Source: an uncultured Nitrososphaerota archaeon
Lineage (GTDB): Archaea > Thermoproteota > EX4484-205 > JAAOZO01
DNA: 63,029 bases
Assembly (NCBI GenBank): GCA_964408285.1
Contig: CAYOYV010000010.1
Span: forward strand, 1,813-64,841
Reading direction: 5' to 3'
In this document: positions 29,594-39,909 of the stretch, one piece after another
Numbering within the stretch: the stretch's first letter is position 1
Layout of the letters: the number at the start of each line of letters is the position of its first letter
Made by a program: the position numbers and the translations under genes
The notes under the pieces: generated by a model
What the model was told of the DNA's origin: nothing
The model's input: only the letters and a program-made list of their open reading frames with translations
Database searches by the model: none

Positions 29594-30490
29594 TCACGAT
29601 ATATCTAGATTCAATGCCCTTTTGGCATTTAGCCACATGACCTTGTCATATGTGGCTTTTGATATCTTTCCTTCTTCATTAAGACGACGGAGGTACTTCA
29701 CCTGCTGCACTTCTTGGTCTGGAAAATCAATATCAGTGCCAAAGAGTAACCTGTCCTGGAATTCTTCAATGAACTGAACGCCGAATTCAGGATCTCTCGA
29801 GATGGCATTGTAACCACTGCCGGCCGAAAGATCTCCGTACAGATTTGGATAATCCCTGAGAAATTGCACGACCTTTCCACCCGGTAGAACCTTGCCGGTG
29901 GGGTACCCATTTCTCTCCTCCGGCTTCAGGTCACCGGAGATCTCAGCCCAGAATGGTTGAGAATGTCCTATGAAGGTGAGATTCGGGAATGCTTTGAGGC
30001 AGCCCTCCAGCCTAGGCAGATTCGGGTCGTCCACAAGACCATAGCAGCCTCCTTCCTTGGGTCCGATGTGAAACAGGACTGGCAAGGCCATATCCTGGCA
30101 TGCTCTAAACAGACTGAGAATTCTTGTATCATCGAAGTAAAGGTTGCAGGTAAGCTCTCCAACACCCTTGCATCCCTCCTTCTTGTATTCCTCCAATATG
30201 AAGGCAAGTTCCCTTTCAGATCCCATACTTATCCTAGGATCTGGATTGCAGAATGGAATCAGTCTCGCGCCGTTGAGCCTACACATAGCAATCGCTTCAC
30301 GGGTCGTGACTTGTTCGATGGAACTCTCTGGACTACTGAGTGGAAGTATTACTGCCTTGTCAATGGTCTCTTGATCCATCTTCTTTACGAGTTCGGCGGC
30401 GGTTATGAACCGCACATATTGCTTCTTGATTGGATCGTATGAAAGCCAATCTGGCCTCGGAGAGCAATGCATGTGAATGTCGATTATCAT
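29594..30490 (-). CDS. Amidohydrolase_2 family protein (paralog of 2646..3530)
   Basis: IIDIHMH, GVGE, LFH, GHS, GDLSAGSG, FGTD. Start trimmed from 30553. Confidence 0.88.
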   Translation of the reverse strand: MIIDIHMHCSPRPDWLSYDPIKKQYVRFITAAELVKKMDQETIDKAVILPLSSPESSIEQVTTREAIAMCRLNGARLIPFCNPDPRISMGSERELAFILEEYKKEGCKGVGELTCNLYFDDTRILSLFRACQDMALPVLFHIGPKEGGCYGLVDDPNLPRLEGCLKAFPNLTFIGHSQPFWAEISGDLKPEERNGYPTGKVLPGGKVVQFLRDYPNLYGDLSAGSGYNAISRDPEFGVQFIEEFQDRLLFGTDIDFPDQEVQQVKYLRRLNEEGKISKATYDKVMWLNAKRALNLDIS

Positions 30491-30668
30491 GGACCCTGGC
30501 GATTCTCTTATTGTGCGATTTAAATATTCTGAAGATGCACCCCCAATTCCCATAGCGAACCCAACGATAGCGGAAACACGAAGCCATCACAAGCACCCAG
30601 GCTCGTGCGATTGACATTAAAACTATGCATTGGATGGACTTTGTGCGGCGAAATATCTTATGAGGTCT

Positions 30669-32177
30669 CTAGATTTCCTCGGGGCCTACCGAACCATAGT
30701 CCCACGGAGTACCTGGTTTTCCCGCCTGTAGTTGCCTTGGTATACTTCCAGGACTCAAAGTCCGTATCAGATCAACGCACTCCCTTGTGATTATTCTTCC
30801 TGCAGAGGGAACCAAGAAACTGTGCATGCCCATCCTCGTTTCGTAGCCACCACCTGATGCACTCATGGCATCTTCAGTTGGTACGTAACCAATGCATCCA
30901 TTCGCCAGTTCCACGACGAAGGTGTAGGGAAAGGGTGAAGCCGACTTTATGTCCAAGCCCAACTGACAGAACAGCTCTCCAGGATTGGAAACAAGTACCA
31001 AAGGGCCGATTTGTATTGCCTGTATCTCACATTTGGTGTACTGCTCGAACTTACTCCTTTCGTTGAGCAGGAAAATGTCTCTAGCGAAAACCCAATTCGG
31101 ATTCTCCTCTGGAGTCTTCGTCTTGAGAAGCGTCAGGGCTCGTCTCAATCTCTCCGGGGACACTCTCCTGTTTTGAATCTCTAGAATCTTCTGCACTGCT
31201 CTAATCGGCTGCAAGTCGCCTGGGTCAAAATCCACAATGACTCTAAGTGCCTCAGCTCCGATTCTTTGCCCTATCCTCTGGGCCCACTTCCCTCCAACCT
31301 CCGATTCCCTCATCGACTGATTATCTACTTGGGTTACATCGCCGCAGGCCCCATTCAGAAATATGACCGTCGAATTCTCACCCATCACGCCTCTGATGGT
31401 CTTGTCAAGATAGAATGGCCAGTCTCCCGAGAATCCACCGGGATACCATGTTGTGCCATGACAGGCGAAATTGACGACACAACCCATGAATCCTCCATTT
31501 GTGTCCCAAACACTAAGAACACCCACGTCTGGGTCGACAGGCCCGGCTGGTCCGATAGTTTCTGGATTGCCCTTGCCCGGATGAGTAATTTGCCCTCCCC
31601 CTTTCATCCTGAAACGTCTGTTGAATGTCACGCTTGCTTCATTCCCGACGCCCACGGTGCACCTCACCTCCGCCTTGCGTTTGTCAGCCAGAGCGACGGC
31701 GGATCCTATTCTCTCTCCTACTAGGTGCAGATACCTAGGATCGGCAGATGGGCATGTCTCCAAGAGCTTCTGGACAAACATCGGATCTGAAGATGATGAA
31801 ATCAGCTTCTGTTGGTCGCCACCCCAGCTCACGACGGGGCCGCCGCTATGGGTATGGGATGCGGCCACCATGATATTGGCCGGGGGTATTCCTGTCAAAT
31901 CCATGGCAAGCTCCCTTCCGATCCTCACAGTCGACGCTTTTATCGAGAGCGAGTCTATGCACACTATTGCCACGCGATATCCCTCGTGATCGAAGACCGC
32001 GGCTTTAACATGGAGGGGATCGTTCACATCGAAGAGAAATCGCTTCAAGAAGCCCCCGGGATTCTCGGATCCAGGGCGAGGGGTAACGTCTAGGCTCGCG
32101 AATCCGGCCTTCATTTCATTAAGCTCATCAATCCACGCTCTTAAGCGATTTTCTTCCCTAGCCGAAGTGAGGGACAT
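30669..32177 (-). CDS. Neutral/alkaline ceramidase-like metallohydrolase
   Basis: SHTHSG, FNRR, NFACH, GACGD, PGELF, ANGCIGYVPT..GGYE. Confidence 0.82.
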   Translation of the reverse strand: MSLTSAREENRLRAWIDELNEMKAGFASLDVTPRPGSENPGGFLKRFLFDVNDPLHVKAAVFDHEGYRVAIVCIDSLSIKASTVRIGRELAMDLTGIPPANIMVAASHTHSGGPVVSWGGDQQKLISSSSDPMFVQKLLETCPSADPRYLHLVGERIGSAVALADKRKAEVRCTVGVGNEASVTFNRRFRMKGGGQITHPGKGNPETIGPAGPVDPDVGVLSVWDTNGGFMGCVVNFACHGTTWYPGGFSGDWPFYLDKTIRGVMGENSTVIFLNGACGDVTQVDNQSMRESEVGGKWAQRIGQRIGAEALRVIVDFDPGDLQPIRAVQKILEIQNRRVSPERLRRALTLLKTKTPEENPNWVFARDIFLLNERSKFEQYTKCEIQAIQIGPLVLVSNPGELFCQLGLDIKSASPFPYTFVVELANGCIGYVPTEDAMSASGGGYETRMGMHSFLVPSAGRIITRECVDLIRTLSPGSIPRQLQAGKPGTPWDYGSVGPEEI

Positions 32178-33237
32178 CTAACCAGACATTTCCCTTCATG
32201 GCTGCTTGATGCGCTATCAAGCCCGGGAGGGTGATGTCTGTCCCCAACACAACATCGATTGGTGGCTTAGTATCATTGTCTATTGACTCGATGAAGTCTT
32301 TAACGATGTAATATTCACAGGTACCATGTCCCCCCACTTTCGTTTCCTCGGAAAGCTCCGGGTCAGAGAGCACACACTCTGTCTTCCTCACAGTCTTGTC
32401 ATGCCCTTCCACGTAGATCAGCCCCTCATTTGTTCCACTTCGGAATCCCGTATTCTCCAGACAGCCCTTGGAGCCATAGATGCTGTAGTAGTGGAACGGT
32501 GGCTCCCTAGAAACGGTCGAGCTTCTGAGGAGTTTGATGACTACTCCCTCCTTGGTTTCAAACAGAGCCACCTGCATGTCTATGGCTCCAACTCCACCAG
32601 CTGGCATGATATGCTTCGATTTCCCAGCGCCAGTTGCCTTCACGACACGGTCTCCAAGAATCATGAGGAGGGGCCCTAGACTGTGAGAGCAATAATGAAG
32701 AGGGGCGCGGAGTGCTCTCCACATCAATTCTCCCGTCTCAGGGTCTCTGAGAAGATCCCTTATTTGATGAATATACTCTGCCTCAGCATAGAAAATCTCT
32801 CCAATACTTCCTCCTTGTACGATCTCCTTCCATTTCCTGACGAAATGAACGTAGCACATATTCTCTGCCAACATGTACTTCATACCGGTCTTTCTCACTG
32901 CTCTCACAAGTGTCCGGCAACCCTCGACGGTGCTGGCAGCCGTCACCTCCGAGAGAACGTGCTTTCCACTTTCCAGCGCCTTTATCGATTGCTCTGCGTG
33001 GAATGGTATTGGGCTAGCTATGAAGACCATGTCAAGATCCATCTTGAGGAAATCATCATAGTTGCAGAAACACTCAGACTCGCTCAGGCCAAGGGCGCTC
33101 CTGGACCTCTCCAAGGCCCTTGGGTCCAGATCACATAACGCGACCGTCTGAGTCCTTGGATGGCCGTTGAAAAGCCGTGCATATCCTAGTCTTCCGCCAA
33201 CGTGCCCAACCCTCAGCTTCCGCATCATGACTTGCAT
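32158..33237 (-). CDS. Gfo/Idh/MocA oxidoreductase (GH109-like variant)
   Basis: HVLSEV in place of EKP, AENMCY, EAEYIH, YCSHSLGP, GGHG. Confidence 0.85.
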   Translation of the reverse strand: MQVMMRKLRVGHVGGRLGYARLFNGHPRTQTVALCDLDPRALERSRSALGLSESECFCNYDDFLKMDLDMVFIASPIPFHAEQSIKALESGKHVLSEVTAASTVEGCRTLVRAVRKTGMKYMLAENMCYVHFVRKWKEIVQGGSIGEIFYAEAEYIHQIRDLLRDPETGELMWRALRAPLHYCSHSLGPLLMILGDRVVKATGAGKSKHIMPAGGVGAIDMQVALFETKEGVVIKLLRSSTVSREPPFHYYSIYGSKGCLENTGFRSGTNEGLIYVEGHDKTVRKTECVLSDPELSEETKVGGHGTCEYYIVKDFIESIDNDTKPPIDVVLGTDITLPGLIAHQAAMKGNVWLDVPHFG

Positions 33238-33299
33238 TGTATTTCTTGATTAGCAGTGATAATAAATTTTCTATTAGGCAGTGTGAACAGACATTTGTT

Positions 33300-35741
33300 T
33301 TAGAACTGGTTCAGTTGCTCCCTTCGGATCTTGATGGTTGCGATCTCGTATTGGTGCAAGGAGAACCTGAGGTCGTGTTTGTGGATCATGACGGTACTTA
33401 TTTCGTCCTCGAGCAAGTCTGCAATGTAGGCATTTTGGACCGGTCCATTCAAGTCGAGCTTTATGCATGCCTCGGAATTCAGGCCCTCAGTCTCATACAA
33501 CCTGAGGATAAAGTCATCCGAGCGTTCAGCTTTCTTCGCGGTGGTGATCAAAACGTTCTTTGGTTGTACCGAGATAAATGATTTCATCTTGGGCAAGATT
33601 CCACCATGTCCTCCCTCGCTCACGGCAATTAGGGGGTTATTGAATTCGTATCCTCTCTTCACCACGTCCGCCTCTCTCCAGTCTCCTTTGTGAGGATAGA
33701 TTGAATATGAGAATTCCCTAATGCCTTCGTCAGTGTTACACGACGGTTCATCTGGGCTTCGCAGAAGACTGAGACCTACAACGCTCTGCTTCAGATTGCA
33801 AGCATATACCGAGTCATTGAGTATTGCCACACCGCAATGTCCGTCGGATTGCGATATGTCAACCCACCGCTGCATTGGCTGTTCTTCTCCGCTGGAGGTG
33901 CGACTTACACTCCCATATTGACTGTGGAATGTGACGATCGGGTCAGGCATCTTCACAGGAAACAACACTTTCAGTGCCCTGTTAGTCTCATGCCAATCGA
34001 CAATGAGGTGCATGTCCAAGCGCTTTGTCTTAGCATAGAGCATGACTTCCTGGACATATTTGGAGCTGCCGAAGGAACCAGTTGCCCTGATTCTGGCCCT
34101 GACAGGTCCCGCTTCAATGACTTGGAGGTTTGCCTTAGTTTCTATGTCAATAGAGGAACCAACAAACTCGTTTGAGCGGTCAACTTTGGGCACCAGCCTG
34201 CCTTCAGAATCACCCTGATCCTCAATCAGCCTTAATTGGTTTCCCTTCCCTGGTTGAAGAATTATGTCTCTTTGAATCTCCTTGTCGTAGATGCTCTCGA
34301 GATATCCCGTTCCAGGTGATATCTTGACACTGAAGAACCGATTCTCGATTGCTCTGTCCTCTATTCTGGGCGAATCTACCTGAGCCTGCTGCCTGCCCCT
34401 TGAGACGGTGTAGCTCCTATAGCCAATTGGTGGAATCATTTCCCCCTCGAATAGAATCCTAATTCGAACGTTGTTACCCTGTCTAGACCTCTCCAGAACT
34501 TGGAATGGAATTGCGTTTCCGTCGTGATCCATTATTTCGATGTCCTCCCAGACGGCGGGGAATTCGATCAGTGCATTGACGATATCGGTCCTCTCCCAAG
34601 AAAGGCTGTTGAATACGACAATGTTGATTGACCCATCCGCGGTGCTGATAAGGCCTGCAATTCCTGTGAGTGCAGATTTGATGATCTCTTTCGCTTTACC
34701 ATCAATCCGCCGATAAGCTTTGAGTGTCTCTTCCTGGACAGATGGAATCGCGCTGCCGCCTATGATGTCGTGGAATTGACTGAACAACAGCCTTTCCCAC
34801 AAGTCTTTCAGTTCACCTTGAGGATAGTCCAGGAGTCCTAAACTGGAGGCCAGTAGACAGAATTTCTCTGCGGCCAACAACGACTCCTCGTTTTCGCGGT
34901 TCCCCTTCTTCAATTCATGGCAGTTGATCAGGTCTCCCACGAGCTCAAAGTCCAACTCCTCTTGGAATTTCCGCAATTCGCTTGCTTCGCGCTCCACCTC
35001 ATTGAAGAAATCGCTTGGCCTACTGAATCGTATGATGAGCTGGGGCTCAACCAGAGCAGAAACATCTTTGATATTCTGCAGCTCCTGATAGGTAGGGCCT
35101 CCTCCATGATCTCCACTTCCGACGAGAACTAGCATGTTTGTAACTCCATACTCTTCTTCCAACCTTGAGGCCAGACTGTCCAAATCGGGGAAAGGTCGCG
35201 CCCTGAAGCTCAGGACTTCTGGGCGACAGGCCAAGACCGATGACCCATCCGGGGACGTCCACCAGAATAGGGCCTTTCCTTTGGCCCCTCTCCGGAAAAC
35301 AAGATAGTCGACACCACTCTTTTTCAGGATCTGCGGCAATTGCCAAGGGTGTGTCCAATTGTCTGGCAACCATCCTACTCTTGCTCTCTCTCCAAATTTA
35401 TCCCTGAAGTAGTTCTGTCCCATGACACATTGCCTAACCAGAGATTCACCGCATGGTTCGCCTCCCTCGGCTTCCACGAACATCCCTCCAACGATCGACC
35501 AACTGCCGTCTCGAACATGTTTCCTTATCTTTTCAAATAGGTCCGGGAAATTCTCTTCAACTGACTTGTATAGCGGGACTTGATCCTGAGCGAATACATA
35601 TTCCGGATCTCTTTCCAGATTGTCTGTCGCCCTCATGAATGTCAGTCTGCAGCAGTCGTATATCGTTTCAGGATAGTAGGGCCAGAGCCATGCCAGATCT
35701 ATATGAGACTGTCCGACTATATGAACGGTTCGCTTCCTCAA
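33300..35741 (-). CDS. Alpha-mannosidase, glycoside hydrolase family 38
   Basis: QSHIDLAWLW, GESLVRQ, WLPDNW (nucleophile Asp), GDHGGGP, QFHDII.G, LSLLRSP. Confidence 0.92.
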   Translation of the reverse strand: MRKRTVHIVGQSHIDLAWLWPYYPETIYDCCRLTFMRATDNLERDPEYVFAQDQVPLYKSVEENFPDLFEKIRKHVRDGSWSIVGGMFVEAEGGEPCGESLVRQCVMGQNYFRDKFGERARVGWLPDNWTHPWQLPQILKKSGVDYLVFRRGAKGKALFWWTSPDGSSVLACRPEVLSFRARPFPDLDSLASRLEEEYGVTNMLVLVGSGDHGGGPTYQELQNIKDVSALVEPQLIIRFSRPSDFFNEVEREASELRKFQEELDFELVGDLINCHELKKGNRENEESLLAAEKFCLLASSLGLLDYPQGELKDLWERLLFSQFHDIIGGSAIPSVQEETLKAYRRIDGKAKEIIKSALTGIAGLISTADGSINIVVFNSLSWERTDIVNALIEFPAVWEDIEIMDHDGNAIPFQVLERSRQGNNVRIRILFEGEMIPPIGYRSYTVSRGRQQAQVDSPRIEDRAIENRFFSVKISPGTGYLESIYDKEIQRDIILQPGKGNQLRLIEDQGDSEGRLVPKVDRSNEFVGSSIDIETKANLQVIEAGPVRARIRATGSFGSSKYVQEVMLYAKTKRLDMHLIVDWHETNRALKVLFPVKMPDPIVTFHSQYGSVSRTSSGEEQPMQRWVDISQSDGHCGVAILNDSVYACNLKQSVVGLSLLRSPDEPSCNTDEGIREFSYSIYPHKGDWREADVVKRGYEFNNPLIAVSEGGHGGILPKMKSFISVQPKNVLITTAKKAERSDDFILRLYETEGLNSEACIKLDLNGPVQNAYIADLLEDEISTVMIHKHDLRFSLHQYEIATIKIRREQLNQF

Positions 35742-35746
35742 AGGTA

Positions 35747-37051
35747 TCAGCTTCCTCCATTTCCATTCTCGTGAGTCGGTCCTCTCTTGTAGAGATCATG
35801 TAGCATCTGAGTCGCCTTGGCGACGACGGATTCGCCTGTTCCTTTCTCCACGAAGCTGTGAAGGCCTGTCCAAACCTGATACCCACCTAGATCAAAGGCT
35901 TGCTGATCTGGTATGTAACCGATATAGTCATTGGCAAGTCCAATGACATAAGTGTGACGAAATGGCGATCGTTGCTTTATCTGCAACCCAAGTTCTGTGA
36001 AGAATTCCCCGGGGACGCCCACAAGAGCTATGTCCCCTAGAAGAATCAGATGCAGCCATGATTTCCTAGTCTCCCCCTGATGTTCAAATAGAAGTCGGCG
36101 CATTCTTCTGAACGTCTCTATCGTAGTTTCTGGATCTCCAAGCCGCGTCCTGCAGTACCTAGAAACTGCCTCGTCCTCTGCTTCCTCATCGAATCGCCTT
36201 ACCCTGTATTCGAGCTCGCTCTTGATGGAGACGATAGTTGAGGGTTCGATCTGCTTGGATTCTGATAGCGTCTTTTCTATTGTCTTTCTTATCCTCGATA
36301 TCATATCACATGGCCTGAGGATGAGATTGTGCGTCGACCCAAAGCTGCCGGGCAGGAAAAGGACCGTCCCGCCCAGAGTTCTCTCTAATTCCTGTGCTGC
36401 CAGTCCATAGAATCCAGGGGATCGCGCACCGCCGATTCTGGTTCCGATGTTATGAGCGGAATGACAGAATAACAGAGCTTCCAGCCTTCCCCTGCTCCCT
36501 TCAAAGGAGATCACGGGCAGTCCTGGATCCACCGGTCCAGTGGGCTTCAGCGCATCTTCCCTTGTGCCAACCCAATATATTGTTCCGTCCCTAAGAAGGA
36601 GACGACTGTTCTGACCGACGGTGTCCTCTTGTCCCAATCCGAAACGCATGCGGATTCCGTCTGCAAAGTCCAATCTTCGCGCAGCTTCCGAGGCTGCAGC
36701 AATAGCAGAGTTTCTTAGATTCTCACAGAATCCATTATCTCTCTCGTATCCGTGGACTGAGACCGTTGTGGGGGCATGATGGGTATGAGTGGCAGTAACG
36801 AGTATGTTCTCATGAGGTATTCCTGTTTCTTCCTCAATTTCCTCACATAAGTCGTCAACAATGTCCTTCTGAAGCGCCAAGACATCACAAGAGACTAGAG
36901 CGATCTTGATGTCCGTCTCGACGACAAGGACTGAGGCCCTCAACTCACCTTCTTCTGTCTTGGCGAATCGAGCTTGAATGCTTCCTCCAATGACCATGGA
37001 GTTGTCCGCAGGAATCCGCGCAGCAGAGGCTGCAGCTCTCAAAGACATCAT
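35747..37051 (-). CDS. Neutral/alkaline ceramidase-like metallohydrolase
   Basis: ATHTHHAP, GPVDP, PGEFF, ANDYIGYIP..GGYQ. Confidence 0.8.
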   Translation of the reverse strand: MMSLRAAASAARIPADNSMVIGGSIQARFAKTEEGELRASVLVVETDIKIALVSCDVLALQKDIVDDLCEEIEEETGIPHENILVTATHTHHAPTTVSVHGYERDNGFCENLRNSAIAAASEAARRLDFADGIRMRFGLGQEDTVGQNSRLLLRDGTIYWVGTREDALKPTGPVDPGLPVISFEGSRGRLEALLFCHSAHNIGTRIGGARSPGFYGLAAQELERTLGGTVLFLPGSFGSTHNLILRPCDMISRIRKTIEKTLSESKQIEPSTIVSIKSELEYRVRRFDEEAEDEAVSRYCRTRLGDPETTIETFRRMRRLLFEHQGETRKSWLHLILLGDIALVGVPGEFFTELGLQIKQRSPFRHTYVIGLANDYIGYIPDQQAFDLGGYQVWTGLHSFVEKGTGESVVAKATQMLHDLYKRGPTHENGNGGS

Positions 37052-37124
37052 CCGTTCTGTTCATTATCCTCCCATTCCCCGCTTTTATCTGATTTCTCAG
37101 TCTGGCCATCCGGGCCTCATCAGT

Positions 37125-38858
37125 TCACCGATTCACCTTGCGGGAACCATTGAAGCGTAGATAGAAGGAATATGCTACAGCAGCGATTAGAGAAAGAAGG
37201 CCTCCAGATTCCACTTTGTGGAAGAGTTCGGTGCCCGCCTGCGTCTCGGCAAGTTTCCGGTTCAAATCGCGAAGGAGTTTCGCTGATTCCTCGTACTGAG
37301 CATGATCAAACAAGAGCGTCGCGTTTCCAAGTGTATCTACTATCAAGGAGTATCTAAGCTGTTTGGCAAATGGGTCAACTGAAAGCTGGCCGAGCATCTC
37401 CTCAATGGTGCGACGCAGCGCCATGCACTCGCGCATCAAGGCGATCTGTTCTCCGGTAGATTGAAAGGCCGGCAGATCGGAACCGACGACCCATGAAAGC
37501 TGAGCGACGAACCGATCCTTATCTCCCGGCTTGAAGGTTATTCTGTTCACCATGATGTAGTCGAAGAACTTGGTTATTGAACCGATGCCATGATTGTTCA
37601 CTAGATAATCTGCCATGAAATATGCAACTAGATAGTTATTGTGACTGATTGTTGGATCAAGCTGTAGCCAAGTCCACTGCCAAGCGTGATTCGCAAACTC
37701 CCTCTTGATCTGAGAGAATTCGAGATTCCTTCTTAGAGTCAACTCCCTAGCATACCCGAGGTCACTGAGGACCTTGACGGAGATGACTTCAGCAACACCT
37801 TCAGTCCAAGCTGATGGATATCCGATTGGATCCGTCTTTCTTTCTGGTGTCAAAGCGTGGGCCAGCTCATGTACCAGAACAATCGCTTCTTCCGAGGTTT
37901 CATTGAACTCCCTGAGGAGGATCGTGTATCTGATCTGAATGGGCCCTCCACCAATGGATGTGTGGCCGTCAAAGTAATATAGCTCGGGGTAAGGCACGAA
38001 GCTGACGTTGATCTTCTGACTTGCGTGGAATCCGGTTATGGATGAAATAATGGGGGCTGTTCTGTCGAACAATGTCTTCAGCAATTCGATGTTCCTTCTT
38101 GCCAGAGCGCATTCCCGAAGCGCAGAATGTAAGATGAAAAGACCATAATCCGTCTCTTCGTGTACGAGCACTATTCTGAGAGTGTCGGCAGAACCGAGCA
38201 AGAGAGGATCTAACAAGACAGTTTTTTCGATGCTCTTATCCAAGATAGCCGTGCCGTTCACGAAGGATGTTTCGTACCCCGGTACGCCTGAACCAAACAA
38301 GAACCCCTCTGTAGGGGTTTTGATTCTGATCGTTCCGGGCCCATTCATGGGAAGAAACGCCTCGCCATAGGACAGTATGTACCCAGAGCTTGTGGCAAGT
38401 ATGCCGTCAGGCCAACTGTACTCCAGACTGACAGACTTTCCACTGGGGAACTCGAAAGCAATCTTGTAGCAATAATACCTAGTGCTGCTCCCGCTGATCT
38501 CCAGATGTGCTCCACTGACATTGAAGAGAGCACTCCTCAGAGTAATGTTGGCGGCAGTCAGTGGTAAAGCAAAAATAATCGTCGTGTTTCCATTTTTCAT
38601 CGACGTGCAGACGCAAGACACTCTCACATTTCCCGTAGAAGGCTCTAATGCAAGCGACCAATCGAAACGCTCCCTGGGCGAGTCAATACCCAAAGCTGTT
38701 CCCCCATATGCCTGCAGGGCATGGAATGCCAGAATAAACAGAGCCGCTGTGGCAAAAAGCCATTGTGCGCCACGCCCTGCCCGGGTCCGATCAGAAGGTA
38801 CCAAAGCTGATTCCGGCAATTGTAGCAGAGACAAGACTGACATGAAATCAGAGTGCAT
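37125..38858 (-). CDS. Membrane-anchored gluzincin zinc metallopeptidase
   Basis: N-terminal signal/TM, VHELAH followed by WTEGVAE, C-terminal TM with basic tail. Confidence 0.8.
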   Translation of the reverse strand: MHSDFMSVLSLLQLPESALVPSDRTRAGRGAQWLFATAALFILAFHALQAYGGTALGIDSPRERFDWSLALEPSTGNVRVSCVCTSMKNGNTTIIFALPLTAANITLRSALFNVSGAHLEISGSSTRYYCYKIAFEFPSGKSVSLEYSWPDGILATSSGYILSYGEAFLPMNGPGTIRIKTPTEGFLFGSGVPGYETSFVNGTAILDKSIEKTVLLDPLLLGSADTLRIVLVHEETDYGLFILHSALRECALARRNIELLKTLFDRTAPIISSITGFHASQKINVSFVPYPELYYFDGHTSIGGGPIQIRYTILLREFNETSEEAIVLVHELAHALTPERKTDPIGYPSAWTEGVAEVISVKVLSDLGYARELTLRRNLEFSQIKREFANHAWQWTWLQLDPTISHNNYLVAYFMADYLVNNHGIGSITKFFDYIMVNRITFKPGDKDRFVAQLSWVVGSDLPAFQSTGEQIALMRECMALRRTIEEMLGQLSVDPFAKQLRYSLIVDTLGNATLLFDHAQYEESAKLLRDLNRKLAETQAGTELFHKVESGGLLSLIAAVAYSFYLRFNGSRKVNR

Positions 38859-39026
38859 TTCTCTCGTTTGGAAGGTATATAGATATTTCGACTTGGACTG
38901 CCAGAATGATTATTGCAGACATGCCGTCTAGGTCCTCCTGCAATTCATTGAGCTGAGAAAGCGGGCCATGGAACAGACCGGACAGCCAATGGGCGAGCAG
39001 CTCTCAATATTCCTAGAAGAACAACT

Positions 39027-39476
39027 TTACCAACTGGATGGAAGGAAACGGTCAATCTCTCCCATAAATCTCTGCCTCGTTTTGGCTATCTTATCGGTTT
39101 CTGTGAGGATGAAAAGAAAGAGCACCGTCGTGATAGCTAGTCCATCCCTCACTGGATTGAGAAGCTCGGGTTTGAATCCCCACAGAATGAGCTGGACGAG
39201 AAGAAAAGAGAATATTGCTACTGCTACTAGGATCACATAAGTCATCCTGAAGTTGAAGACAAATGCAACATGTGTCTTGCCCTCGCTTCGCGATATATCC
39301 ACGGTGACCTCTGCTCTTCCGATGCCTATTGGGTTCTGTCCAGAGAAGCCGCCCATGCTCGCGACAATGAGGTTTGGCTGATTGCAACGCTTGACATTCG
39401 CACCAAGATTCGGCAAGTTGTCAATCATCAGGCGGAAAGTGGCCTGTGTCGAGAGATCTGTCTCTCTTGCACTCAT
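39027..39476 (-). CDS. Hypothetical membrane protein
   Basis: Soluble N-terminal domain plus two TM helices. Confidence 0.6.
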   Translation of the reverse strand: MSARETDLSTQATFRLMIDNLPNLGANVKRCNQPNLIVASMGGFSGQNPIGIGRAEVTVDISRSEGKTHVAFVFNFRMTYVILVAVAIFSFLLVQLILWGFKPELLNPVRDGLAITTVLFLFILTETDKIAKTRQRFMGEIDRFLPSSW

Positions 39477-39678
39477 CGTCTTGGCTAGCTGTGAGTCTGC
39501 TTCTGTTCCTTATTTAAGTCTGAAATGACCAAGTCCTTGCATCCGAGAAGCCGCTTCCTAGATCCAAAAGATGTCAAATCGCCAGAGTGAGAATAGTTCG
39601 GTTACGCTTATTCCACTCAGAATCCAAGGAGGTTAGAGATATAAGCAAAACGTCATCACTTTTCGAAGGGAAAAGAAA

Positions 39679-39906
39679 ATGAAAGCCTGCATCCTGATGA
39701 GGGTTAATCCAGGAAAGCACAACGAAGTGACGGCTCAAGTGAGGAAATTGGAGGGAGTGAAATCTGCCTTCCCGACTTTGGGAAGGCAGGATGTAGTCGG
39801 CGACCTGGAATACGAGAGCATTCGAGATCTATCCCTTCTGATCTCCAGAATTCAGGCAATAGATCATGTTCGAGGCACTGAGACCCTGATAGCGATGGAG
39901 GGATAG
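39679..39906 (+). CDS. Stand-alone Lrp/AsnC ligand-binding (RAM) domain
   Basis: ACILMRV.PG...LEGV..A....GRQDVV...GTETLI. Confidence 0.88.
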   Translation: MKACILMRVNPGKHNEVTAQVRKLEGVKSAFPTLGRQDVVGDLEYESIRDLSLLISRIQAIDHVRGTETLIAMEG

Positions 39907-39909
39907 TGA

